This document shows positions 8,123 through 17,187 of a stretch of 41,122 nt of DNA, piece by piece (the stretch's first letter is position 1; every line of letters begins with the position of its first letter). The stretch is from Candidatus Babeliales bacterium (GTDB lineage: Bacteria > Babelota > Babeliae > Babelales > Vermiphilaceae). The DNA lies in assembly GCA_963743635.1 (NCBI GenBank), contig CAVUQO010000001.1, positions 1-41,122 of the forward strand. Reading direction: 5' to 3'. The notes beneath the pieces are model-generated. The model had not been told where the DNA came from. It did no database searches and worked only from the letters and a program-made list of their open reading frames with translations. The position numbers were made by a program, and so were the translations under genes.

Positions 8123-8175
8123 ATGAATTCATAAGTTAAATTAGATCCCTGCAAGAAATTGCGGGGATTTTTTTT
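8123..8175 (+). repeat. Repeat copy 5 (degenerate, third hairpin variant)
   Basis: atgaattcataagttaaattag followed by atccctgcaa-GAAA-ttgcggggat and a T tract. Confidence 0.7.
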
Positions 8176-8263
8176 ACACATTTTCCCCTTTATTGCATCC
8201 GACATGCACAATTTGCTACGTATAAATAAAAATGGCTTACGAACCTCGAAGGGGTCACATATT

Positions 8264-10342
8264 ATGCGTTATTTAAAGCATCTTCTTTTAATCTTATCAT
8301 CTACTTTATGTAGTCCTCTGCTTTCTATGCAGCAGAACATTCCAAAGGGAAAGGAGCCAGCATCAAGCAGTAGGACGACAAGGTCATCAAATAACCAACC
8401 TCAAGCGGACCCCATGGCTTATTATCCAGCTGGTCTCGTTTTTGAAGAGAGCGGAGATTATGAGAATGCTGTTAAAAATTATGAATTGGCAATACAAGAG
8501 AAGGTTAATTACGCTGATGCATGTATCAATTTAGCCAACTTGCTCTCGAAAGGTTTGGGTGCAAAAGCCGATATTCCGAGAGCGATTAAACTTTATAAAA
8601 GAGCAATAGAGAGTGGCCGTATCGATCAGTATTACAATCTTGGACTACTCTATGAAAATCTGCAAGATTATGATCGAGCATTCATAAACTATGAATTGGC
8701 AATAGAAAAAAATCCTAGCTCAGCTGATAGTGCACATCTTAATTTAGTCAATGATAGTGCACGTCATAATTTAGCCAATTTATTTATGTCTGGCAGAGGT
8801 TGTACACGCGATGTTTCTAAAGCCAAGGCGATGCTTGAAGAATTGGCGCGAAAAAACAATGCGTATGCTCTTTATAGTTTGGGTATTGCATATCTAGGTG
8901 GAATCGAAGGTATCCAAAAAGACCCTCAGAAAGGGCGCGATTATTTACTCAAGGCAGAAAGAAAAATAGAGGGTTCAAACGATGAAAGTGAACGGTTGTT
9001 GTATCCTCGAGTACTTATCGCTTTAGGTTCTTTGTCAGAATGGGGAATAGGTACAGGGAAGTCAATTAAAGACGCCAGCACATATTATACTAAAGCCGAT
9101 AGTATAAGAGGAAAAACGCACCTAGCGCGCTTGGTACTAACAGGAAAAGCACGTGGTGATATCGAGAAAGCAAAAGAAGATCTGAAGTCCTATTCACCAA
9201 AGGATGCAGTCGCCGCATATATATATGGCACGCTTTTACTTGAAGAAGGCAAGTCTGAAGATGCGGTCAGGGTTTTTGAGACCATATCCAAGCAAGCAGA
9301 TTTTCCTTTAGTGCTGCTGCAATTAGGCATAGCATCTCACTACGGTGTTGGTACTGTAAAAGATGAGAAAAAGGCACAGGATTATTTTAAAAAAATCGAT
9401 GAAGACGAAGACGATAGTTTTCAATCACCGTGGCTTGCTCGCGGGTATATGAGTCTTTTGGGTCTTGGCGTACCGCAAGATATCAACAAAGGCTTAACGT
9501 TAATAGACAAGGCAAAAGACAAAAAAGATGACGTCTTCTTTTCTGTTGACCAGTTGTTTCCAGCAGTCAAAAGAATACGCGTTGAGTTTGCCGCAAAAAA
9601 TGCTGCAGAGTTGCTTCGAGAGGAGTCTGAGCGAGAAGAAGAGAAAAGGAAGAAGAAGGAAAAGGGCAAGCGTAAGGCTCAGGGCGGCGCAAGCAGTGCA
9701 AGCAGCGCAATCAGCGAAAGCAGTGCAAGTAGTGCAAGCAGCGCAAGTAGTGCAAGTAGTGCAAGTAGTGCAAGTAGTGCAAGTAGTGCAAGTAGTGCAA
9801 GCAGCGCAAGTTCGTCAAAAGTTGTTGAACAGCCTTCTGTGGCATCGCCGGCAGCGTGGAATACGAAATTCATGGTAAGCGATAACAGTTCTGTCAGTAG
9901 TGTAGATCTTGGCAAAAAACAAATTATTATTGATGATCCAAAACGTCATGAGCAGCTTATTGTTAAAATATCAGATCATCCTAACCGTACATTTGCTCAA
10001 ATTGCGACGCTGCGCTCGCGTGAATTTAAAGACATTAAGAAGCTGGTGTATGATCAATGGGTTCTGAAGCGTCAAGGGGAAATGGGAGATCCACTTGATG
10101 CAGAGACTATACATAATCATACCTTTGCGCAGATGCTTGACTACGTCATACAATATGCAGGAAAGTTTATTCCTTTTCTTAAAAGTGGCTCTTCAGAGCC
10201 AAAAGACGAGTTGATAGCCAAGGTTACGCGTCGCGATACGCAGACTAATAAAGAAGTACGCTGTAAAGCTGAGTATACATTCTATGATATGAATGGGCAG
10301 CTCTATGTTTATCACCGTTTATTAAGGCCTGTGCCGGTATGA
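8264..10342 (+). CDS. Sel1/TPR-repeat secreted protein with basic patch, Ser/Ala linker and unknown C-terminal domain
   Basis: Repeated nLa.l...G.G...D motifs. The likely start is ATG 8264 (MRYLKHLLL) rather than TTG 8159. Confidence 0.88.
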   Translation: MRYLKHLLLILSSTLCSPLLSMQQNIPKGKEPASSSRTTRSSNNQPQADPMAYYPAGLVFEESGDYENAVKNYELAIQEKVNYADACINLANLLSKGLGAKADIPRAIKLYKRAIESGRIDQYYNLGLLYENLQDYDRAFINYELAIEKNPSSADSAHLNLVNDSARHNLANLFMSGRGCTRDVSKAKAMLEELARKNNAYALYSLGIAYLGGIEGIQKDPQKGRDYLLKAERKIEGSNDESERLLYPRVLIALGSLSEWGIGTGKSIKDASTYYTKADSIRGKTHLARLVLTGKARGDIEKAKEDLKSYSPKDAVAAYIYGTLLLEEGKSEDAVRVFETISKQADFPLVLLQLGIASHYGVGTVKDEKKAQDYFKKIDEDEDDSFQSPWLARGYMSLLGLGVPQDINKGLTLIDKAKDKKDDVFFSVDQLFPAVKRIRVEFAAKNAAELLREESEREEEKRKKKEKGKRKAQGGASSASSAISESSASSASSASSASSASSASSASSASSASSASSSKVVEQPSVASPAAWNTKFMVSDNSSVSSVDLGKKQIIIDDPKRHEQLIVKISDHPNRTFAQIATLRSREFKDIKKLVYDQWVLKRQGEMGDPLDAETIHNHTFAQMLDYVIQYAGKFIPFLKSGSSEPKDELIAKVTRRDTQTNKEVRCKAEYTFYDMNGQLYVYHRLLRPVPV
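9689..9814 (+). repeat. Coding 9-bp tandem repeat (gcaagYagY consensus, 14 units; mostly Ala-Ser-Ser)
   Basis: Read directly from the sequence. Confidence 0.95.
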
Positions 10343-10384
10343 TCACTCCTTTTTGCATACGGTAAATATGCGGAGACTGAATAA

Positions 10385-10460
10385 ACGAAGCGAGAAGAAA
10401 TTCGGGCGTCAGCCAGACGAAGCGTGCCAAGCCGGAAGCCCTGGATACGCGTAGACTGGG
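10385..10460. repeat. Intergenic palindromic element related to 17243-17290
   Basis: The reverse complement cagtctacgcgtatccagggcttccggcttggcacgcttcg resembles ccgtctacgtttatccgggccttccggctcggcaaactacg. Confidence 0.65.
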
Positions 10461-10466
10461 GATTTT

Positions 10467-11756
10467 TTATCTTTTGTAAAGATCTTGATAATCATCCCAA
10501 GTGAATGGGGATTTTCGAAGGGGGCGATTTGAGGATTCATCAATCATTGCCCATAAATCAATTGAGATGAACCAGTCATAAAATGATCTATAGGTCTGAG
10601 GAAGTTTGTCTATGTTTTGTTTTAAGTAATTTTGCGTATCCTTGCAAGCGACATAAGTCCCTCCTCTTCTTATTTTCGATGTTTCGATATAGGACCGAAA
10701 TTGAGTAACAAATTCCGGTTCCGAGAGAGTAAAACCGTAATCTTGTAAGTCTTCACCGATAGCCAAAATATCAAGCATTGTTACATAACATTTCATACAT
10801 TTATTGCAGTGTGTATAGGACGTATCGGATTTTTTGTGATGGGTACATACGATAAGTTGAGGTTTTGGGATATTTCTTTCTGTGCAAAACGTTGAAATAA
10901 ATTTTATTTTATCAGTTCTTGTCATGGTAAATGTATCATGGTGAACCCGTAATCCCATAGGGGATATATTCTCATCAATGAGCGGGCAAGCCGGTTGCCG
11001 CAAGGTTTGACCATCAGGGAAGATAAAAGTCTGCCACGTAAAACCAGAAGGTATATATAATACTGGTATTCCCTTGGCGTATAAAAAGGGTGCTGCTGCG
11101 CCTACCCACGATAATCCCATACTCGTATCCCAAAACCATTTAGTAATATCGATAGAAGCTTTATCAAGCGATGTAAGTTTTAAGAAATCACGATGATTCA
11201 TGTGAATAGTGTAGAAATTAAAATGGTGCGTTTTAGCAAACTCAACGGCAGTTTCATGCGGATCGTTAAAAGAAATGAGTGTTAAATTTTCATCAAAATG
11301 ACGCAATACGGTAGTCGTAGAATCGAGGCCGCCAGTAAATAAGGCAGCGGATTGAGCATTTTTTTGAGGCGGAGTGTGTTTTACCAGTCGATCTGGTTTT
11401 AGTTCGCCTTCCCAAGAGGTGTTATAAAAAAAACGTTTAAAGAATTCTTTTATTTTGATCAATGAATGATAGAGATCTTCATCCATTTCTTCAATGGTAT
11501 ACTCTTTGCCGGAAAGCCAAATCACCGGAATAACATTGGTGATGAGTGGGATATCCACAATCGATGGGGGAAGACTCTGGATATCTATTTCTTGAGGATA
11601 AGAAAGAAGTAAAGGTTGTCTAACATATTTTTTGCTAAATTCTGCTGATAAATGAAAGCAGACACTATTATCTTTAATTATTTTTGTCCTGATCAATGGT
11701 TCGGATGCATTGATCAGGACTGTAAAGCAAATCAGCAATAGATAGAGCTGGCGCAA
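10467..11756 (-). CDS. PP-loop (adenine nucleotide alpha-hydrolase/QueC-like) protein with signal peptide
   Basis: LFTGGLDST PP-loop and a C...HCNKCMKC putative Zn site. Confidence 0.65.
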   Translation of the reverse strand: MRQLYLLLICFTVLINASEPLIRTKIIKDNSVCFHLSAEFSKKYVRQPLLLSYPQEIDIQSLPPSIVDIPLITNVIPVIWLSGKEYTIEEMDEDLYHSLIKIKEFFKRFFYNTSWEGELKPDRLVKHTPPQKNAQSAALFTGGLDSTTTVLRHFDENLTLISFNDPHETAVEFAKTHHFNFYTIHMNHRDFLKLTSLDKASIDITKWFWDTSMGLSWVGAAAPFLYAKGIPVLYIPSGFTWQTFIFPDGQTLRQPACPLIDENISPMGLRVHHDTFTMTRTDKIKFISTFCTERNIPKPQLIVCTHHKKSDTSYTHCNKCMKCYVTMLDILAIGEDLQDYGFTLSEPEFVTQFRSYIETSKIRRGGTYVACKDTQNYLKQNIDKLPQTYRSFYDWFISIDLWAMIDESSNRPLRKSPFTWDDYQDLYKR

Positions 11757-11773
11757 AAAATATCTTTTCTTCG

Positions 11774-12907
11774 TTAGTTTGAAATCTGTATTAAGTAAGC
11801 ATTGCCATTTTCCAACGTAACAATATTGCTAAAGGGAGGTTCATCAGCAACAGAAGCTTGGATAGAAAATTGAACGTAATCATACGCAGCCAATTCCACA
11901 AGGTTGCTGTAATTGAAGGAGTAAACCCCCGGTACGCTGGCAGAAACGGCTGGCGCTGGCGCTGGTGTAGTAGTACCATTAACGTTGAGGCCAAACGTAT
12001 AATCTGTAGAATTGAATGAATGTTCGTCAGAATCCTCTACTGAAAAATATACACTAAAGTTAATTTGATAGACCCCACTCTGCAGAATCGTGATTGTTGC
12101 AGGTGAAGTTGATATATCCATGTTAGAGTAGAGGCCAGTTGAACTAAATGGGATTGGAACCCAATTGGTATTATCAATATTTATATTTTGTGAAGAAGCA
12201 GAAAGTTGGCCATATGAGCCTGCAGATGTTCCTGCTGGACCAGTAGCGCCAGTAGCTCCGGTAGCTCCTGCTGAGCCGGTTGCTCCGGTTACGCCAGTTG
12301 CTCCTGCTGGACCAGTGGCACCAGTTGCTCCAGGGCCTCCCGTGAATGGTTCTCCGTTAAGCAGTAAGCTGCCATTAACATTCAAAGTTCCATTTATAAT
12401 CTCAGGACCATTAACGGTCAAAGCGGTTACAAGAGCTCGCGTATTAGGAGCGGTAATAATAACGGAACCCTTTACTTTGAGAGTGTTTGTTACCGTCAAA
12501 AAATCCGTACATAGTTTGCAAATCTTTTTAGCTTTATGACTTTTAAATTCGATATTATCGATAGCCAAATCATCGGTTGTAAGTTCTTCTTTATATTCTT
12601 GTAAGATGGATTTTATCTCTGCTGAAATGGCATTATCTTGTAGCGCGAGCGCATGGAGCGATTCATCGATTGCCAAGAGTATCGTGCTGCAAGGGAGCAT
12701 ATCATTGTCATTGCGAATATCATCACACATCTTCTTAAAATGTGATGTCCACGCATAATGCGGCATACCATCTTCAAGCATTAAGAATGCTGTTTGTACT
12801 TGTCTGGTAAGATGCGCAAAGAGCAGGTTATCATTGAGTGCGTCCAATGATGCATGACAACTATTAATAGATAGGCCTAATAACAGATATAAAATTCGCT
12901 TATTCAT
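11774..12907 (-). CDS. Secreted collagen-like protein with a BclA/C1q-like C-terminal domain
   Basis: 13 G-X-Y triplets (12224-12340), followed by ITILQSGVYQINFSV. Confidence 0.8.
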   Translation of the reverse strand: MNKRILYLLLGLSINSCHASLDALNDNLLFAHLTRQVQTAFLMLEDGMPHYAWTSHFKKMCDDIRNDNDMLPCSTILLAIDESLHALALQDNAISAEIKSILQEYKEELTTDDLAIDNIEFKSHKAKKICKLCTDFLTVTNTLKVKGSVIITAPNTRALVTALTVNGPEIINGTLNVNGSLLLNGEPFTGGPGATGATGPAGATGVTGATGSAGATGATGATGPAGTSAGSYGQLSASSQNINIDNTNWVPIPFSSTGLYSNMDISTSPATITILQSGVYQINFSVYFSVEDSDEHSFNSTDYTFGLNVNGTTTPAPAPAVSASVPGVYSFNYSNLVELAAYDYVQFSIQASVADEPPFSNIVTLENGNAYLIQISN

Positions 12908-12996
12908 ACTTCTTCTTCTTTTTTGAAAGGATACGATTTTTTGTACACGTCATTCTATCATTTAGTATGTTTTACTGAAGTTGTCAAAGTGTTCAT

Positions 12997-13070
12997 ACTG
13001 ATCAATTTGTTGCAGATGTTGCGGGTCATGATACCCAGACCAATCAAGACACGCCTTGTATTGCTCAGAT
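12997..13070 (+). pseudogene. Remnant of a paralog of the Sel1 protein's C-terminal domain
   Basis: DQFVADVAGHDTQTNQDTPCIAQ aligns with DELIAKVTRRDTQTNKEVRCKAE of 8264..10342. Confidence 0.55.
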
Positions 13071-13101
13071 TTTTACCTGCTCGGCAATCGGCAACCCGCG
13101 C

Positions 13102-13554
13102 TCAATAGCCTTTTGGGCCATGATAGGCTTCGGAATAAATCCTGCCTCGACGCATTTCCCCAATGATCTGCTTGTGCGCACCAATGATATTCTTGGGAAG
13201 TTGGTCGATACTGAAAAATCGCATGTCATCATGTTTATCTGGCTCATTATTATATGGTGCCGTCATATCCGTAAGATCTACTTTGAAACACAGAATTATG
13301 ACTTCTATTTCACCTTCACGTGCCACACGATGATAGGTATGCGCCAATTGAAACGCCGATTGGGGAATATCAAGGGTTATTTCCTCATGCACTTCACGCT
13401 TAATGGCTTCTTGGGCCGTCTCTCCTTGCTCAACTTTGCCTCCAACCATGCTATAAAGACCTTTGCCGAAAGCCTCATGGCACCGCTGCACCAACAACAC
13501 CTGATTGCCCAAGCATAAAAACGCCAATACATAAAAATTGATAACCATGCTCAT
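13102..13554 (-). CDS. NUDIX hydrolase (paralog of 21094..21525)
   Basis: Nudix box GGKVEQGETAQEAIKREVHEE; NEPDKH motif. Confidence 0.9.
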   Translation of the reverse strand: MSMVINFYVLAFLCLGNQVLLVQRCHEAFGKGLYSMVGGKVEQGETAQEAIKREVHEEITLDIPQSAFQLAHTYHRVAREGEIEVIILCFKVDLTDMTAPYNNEPDKHDDMRFFSIDQLPKNIIGAHKQIIGEMRRGRIYSEAYHGPKGY

Positions 13555-13750
13555 TCCACATCAATTTTGCACAAAAAACATTGATCCTCAGATTGTATTC
13601 CTATACTATTGGCTTATAATTTTTTTTCACTCCTATTTTATGAATTACTTGGATTTAGAAAAACTAATTTCATGCTGCCAGAATATAGCCCGGCTGACGT
13701 GCAGGGTTATGAATTGAATTTATAAAGTATTTTATATCGAAAGAACTACC

Positions 13751-14098
13751 ATGAAGCATGTATTATTATTACTCATAGCGACCAGCTCATGCACATCATT
13801 GATGGGTATGGCAGAACAGAAGCAAATCACTCCGATATTACCTGCCAATAGCACTGCGGCTCGTATGGAAAATATTGAATCGACGCATAACAGCACCACT
13901 CAAGCTACCACTTCGAACAATAGAATAGGTTATTGCGATCGCATATGTTGCGGTGCCATTGCTGCTTGCGTACTGTGCCCCAATTTTACTGCTGCAGTCG
14001 CATGGGATACCGCACACATCATATCTGACCGCAAAGAAAACAAGTGTTATCCGCATACAAAAGAAATCGCCAAATTATGCTACTGCTTCATGCATTGA
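13751..14098 (+). CDS. Putative secreted Cys-rich hypothetical protein
   Basis: Signal peptide; CDRICCGAIAACVLC; ends LCYCFMH. Confidence 0.75.
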   Translation: MKHVLLLLIATSSCTSLMGMAEQKQITPILPANSTAARMENIESTHNSTTQATTSNNRIGYCDRICCGAIAACVLCPNFTAAVAWDTAHIISDRKENKCYPHTKEIAKLCYCFMH

Positions 14099-14154
14099 GT
14101 GCGTCGCGTTTCGAAGGTTAAAACCAAGACAAGATTTCCTTATGAGTCGTATAA

Positions 14155-14434
14155 TAACGCGAACTCGATCTAAGAGCTTATTCCGAAGCGACAGATAATC
14201 GATGCTATCCTTTCCCGTTCGCCCTGAGGAATTTTTCATATGCGCAGCGTAATGAAAAATGTCGCGAATGGGTGCGGGAATAAAATAATCATGCATATAA
14301 CTGAGTGAAAAGCTTTTTTCCTCCGTTACCCATTCGATACCTCGCTTCGCTTGGTCCTCAGGGCGAACTGGAATGATAGTTTTTCTTTATAACCAACCAA
14401 TTTTTTTATTTTTTCTTACGTCGAGTTCGCGTTA
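14155..14434. mobile_element. MITE-like element, 280 bp, with 20-bp TIRs and nested palindromic units
   Basis: taacgcgaactcgatctaag ... cttacgtcgagttcgcgtta (18/20 match, TA ends); internal ccgttcgccctgagga / tcctcagggcgaactgg. Confidence 0.75.
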
Positions 14435-14440
14435 TAATGA

Positions 14441-14469
14441 AAAAGCCCCGATTTTTTTTCGGGGCTTTC
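14441..14469 (-). terminator. Intrinsic terminator of the NUDIX-HAD unit
   Basis: aaaagccccga...tcggggcttt. Confidence 0.7.
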
Positions 14470-15189
14470 TTATTTCAGCTTTAATCCATGCCTGATGAGC
14501 TCTTTCTTGGTTTCTTCCCAATTTGTATGATGCACCGATTTGATGCCGTAGCGATGGGCGCCTTCAACGTTGGTTTTACTGTCGTCCACGAAAAAGCAAT
14601 GTACTGGATCGACGTTCATCTTTTTCACTGCATAATCATAGATTTCAAGAGAAGGTTTGATGGCGCCAGCCATCTGAGGGATTATGGTATTATTTTCATC
14701 AAACAAACTGAAGAAAGAAGGCATCTTCCTTTTTATCAATTCAAATGATGTGGGATCCCAGTTGGAGATAATGCCAACCTCAATGTCATTCGCCTTACAG
14801 GCATTAACGAATGCCGCCCCTTCCTCAATCAGCTCTGTGAGCTCAACCAGCAGTTCTGGGACCAGCACAAATTCAATACCATGCGTGATTAAGGCTCGTC
14901 CATACTCATCGTTGAAAAAACTATCATAAGCAGCGTTGTGGATATGCTCTTTAATCGTTTGAACGATTTCATTCCCCGATCGGGTTCCTAAAAGCCATTC
15001 AACTTTGCAATCAGGGCTGCATACTAATGCTGCGAATTCAAATGCTCGATTAAAGATTTTAATCGGCGCAGCCTGATTGCCTAATAATGTGCTTAACTCG
15101 TGACTTTCTGCTTTGTGTAGATTTGCCTCAGCCTCGCGCAGAAGCACGCCACCCAAATCAAAAATAACGAGTTGTTTCATGCCTGTCAT
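14470..15189 (-). CDS. HAD-superfamily phosphatase
   Basis: IFDLGGVLL, ISNW, KP and FVDD motifs. Confidence 0.9.
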   Translation of the reverse strand: MTGMKQLVIFDLGGVLLREAEANLHKAESHELSTLLGNQAAPIKIFNRAFEFAALVCSPDCKVEWLLGTRSGNEIVQTIKEHIHNAAYDSFFNDEYGRALITHGIEFVLVPELLVELTELIEEGAAFVNACKANDIEVGIISNWDPTSFELIKRKMPSFFSLFDENNTIIPQMAGAIKPSLEIYDYAVKKMNVDPVHCFFVDDSKTNVEGAHRYGIKSVHHTNWEETKKELIRHGLKLK

Positions 15190-15191
15190 TC

Positions 15192-16094
15192 TTACAAATT
15201 CGCATTGATGGCGAATAAGTCGACGTCCATGACATCAGATTGATCTTGCTTGTCCGGAGCTGCGGGATATTGGCGCGGATCGATAATTCTTGCACTAATG
15301 GGTACCATAATCCTACAACTACGCACTATATGCTCAGCAAGCAACTTAACGGTAGGGCTTATTTTGAGATTGTTGATTGGTTCGCCCTTGGCAACTTCCG
15401 TTAAAGGAACCCACAATGTTTGCAAGACTTCACTTTCTTGCGCTTGTACCGTACCAGTAAATGCGCGCGTCATGTAATAATGGCAATAATCGGAAACGCC
15501 ATATCGATTGGCGCGTACACGATTTACCAATGCAATTTTTTGCATATCGGCAGGCTTGATCGTTAACCCAACTTCTTCTTGGATTTCTCTGCATGCGGCA
15601 TTTAAGGCTAATTCACGTGCATCCACTGATCCACCCGGATACATCATGCGGCCTTTCATATTTTTATCTTCGATGACTAACACTTCTTCACCACGGCATA
15701 CTAACACACGCGCGCCTGCGGTTGACGTTGACACGTCAGGCATTGGAGATCCATTTTTATACACCCATTCTGTTTTGGAAGTGTCAGTATAGTGAGGCTT
15801 AAATCCTGCCTTTACCAATGCTACAGCCTTTTGACCCTCTTCATGCGGCAGGTGAACCAGGAATGCATTTCCTTTTTCTTTTTCCTGTAATCCCGCAACG
15901 AACTGTTGTAGTTTCGTGCCTAATTCAGTGGGCTCAATCGCTTGCACATTTGGCCAGATGTTACCAAAATTATCTTTTTTCCATTGCACGCCATTCGTCT
16001 CAGAAACAGTAGCTTCAAGGTTGAGTTGCATGCCGTAACTCAATGGTGCCATTATGGTCGCGATAATAATGGATAGGTAGGTATAGTTTTGCAT
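15192..16094 (-). CDS. NUDT6-like NUDIX hydrolase (pre-Nudix domain) with signal peptide
   Basis: LVKAGFKPH...PGGSVDARELALNAACREIQEEVG. Confidence 0.85.
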   Translation of the reverse strand: MQNYTYLSIIIATIMAPLSYGMQLNLEATVSETNGVQWKKDNFGNIWPNVQAIEPTELGTKLQQFVAGLQEKEKGNAFLVHLPHEEGQKAVALVKAGFKPHYTDTSKTEWVYKNGSPMPDVSTSTAGARVLVCRGEEVLVIEDKNMKGRMMYPGGSVDARELALNAACREIQEEVGLTIKPADMQKIALVNRVRANRYGVSDYCHYYMTRAFTGTVQAQESEVLQTLWVPLTEVAKGEPINNLKISPTVKLLAEHIVRSCRIMVPISARIIDPRQYPAAPDKQDQSDVMDVDLFAINANL

Positions 16095-16121
16095 AATTGA
16101 TTCCTTCGATTTGATGAGTTA

Positions 16122-16574
16122 CTATTTTTTATCAGAAGATCCAAACTTCTTTTCATACTCCTGAATATGCTTTTGCTTTTGTTTTTCCAAGAATTGGGTA
16201 ATGCGATTATTCATAGGCGCTGAAAATTTTGTTATTTCAGCGTGCGCTTCTTCAAGGGATAGCTCTTTGTCTATTGCCTCTCTATTTCCGTTTGTTCTGA
16301 TTATTAATGACGCAACATAATACGAAGATTTATCAGGTTTTTGCAATAGGGCTCCCAGGAGTTCTTGTGCCTGAGGGCAAGAGAGGAGATATGCTCCATG
16401 GCATGTGGCATTCGGATGTTTGTACAGGTACATTTCAACACCACACATAGTTGTTCTTATGTGCGCATGATCCTCCGCACTTTCCTTTTGAAGATACGTA
16501 GCCAAATCTTGATTTTGCATGCTCAAAATAGGCAATGTCATGAATGATAGCAACAGGGCAAGGCTTTTGGTCAT
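16122..16574 (-). CDS. Secreted hypothetical protein, tandem paralog of 16584..17168
   Basis: Shared AED.AHIR..CG.E, Y.LSCP.A and YEKKFGSSDK. Confidence 0.85.
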   Translation of the reverse strand: MTKSLALLLSFMTLPILSMQNQDLATYLQKESAEDHAHIRTTMCGVEMYLYKHPNATCHGAYLLSCPQAQELLGALLQKPDKSSYYVASLIIRTNGNREAIDKELSLEEAHAEITKFSAPMNNRITQFLEKQKQKHIQEYEKKFGSSDKK

Positions 16575-16583
16575 TGGGATTCC

Positions 16584-17168
16584 TTACTTATTGACTTCTG
16601 AGGTATTGTTTTTATCAGAAGATCCAAACTTCTTTTCATAATCTCGAATATTCTCTTGTCTTTGTCTTTCCATGACTTTCGCAAGATGCTTATTCATGTC
16701 AGCAGTGAAAGCGTCCAGTGCTTTCTGTGCTTCTTCAATAGATATATTTTCCACTGTTTTACCCTCAACAAAATCTCCTTGATGTTTTTTCATTTTTAAG
16801 AGGGCAATAGAGTAGGAAGTTTTATCTGATATTTGCATGAGTGTTTTCATGAACTCTTTTGCATCTGGGCAAGAAAGAATATATCCCATAGGCCAGAAGC
16901 CTTTCTTCTCTACTATTATTTCAGTGCCACAAATACTATCTCTAATATGCGCTTGGTCTTCTGCTTTCTGTTTCTCGAGATATTCCTCTAGGGTGACATG
17001 GCTCTCGCCAAAGATTGGCAAGGTCATGAGTGAGAGCATGAGGACAAGTCTTTTTCTACTTCGTAAGGTGCCACACGCCTTAGAGTGTAGCTGAATGCGA
17101 GTGGAATCCGACGAAGCAAAACACTTCGTGGAGTAAAAACTTCGGAGTAAAAGCGAAGACTGGATCAT
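16584..17168 (-). CDS. Secreted hypothetical paralog carrying an in-frame palindromic-element insertion before its signal peptide
   Basis: SD aaagga then ATG 17168; about 37 extra aa relative to the paralog, encoded by ~17056-17163. Confidence 0.75.
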   Translation of the reverse strand: MIQSSLLLRSFYSTKCFASSDSTRIQLHSKACGTLRSRKRLVLMLSLMTLPIFGESHVTLEEYLEKQKAEDQAHIRDSICGTEIIVEKKGFWPMGYILSCPDAKEFMKTLMQISDKTSYSIALLKMKKHQGDFVEGKTVENISIEEAQKALDAFTADMNKHLAKVMERQRQENIRDYEKKFGSSDKNNTSEVNK

Positions 17169-17187
17169 CTGATTTCCTTTCAATATT

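Noticed and set aside
4186..8175. CRISPR array
   Set aside because: Inter-repeat distances are 0.7-1.7 kb and contain genes; there are no cas genes.
9421..9915. ORFs with VQV or ALL repeats
   Set aside because: They are shadow frames of the 9-bp Ala-Ser-Ser repeat.
12165..12539. Pro/Val/Ala-rich 124-aa ORF
   Set aside because: It is the antisense shadow of the collagen repeat.
13640..13726. Possible AAA-lid-like remnant (LDLEKLI/MLPEYSPADVQ)
   Set aside because: It needs a frameshift and is too short to support.
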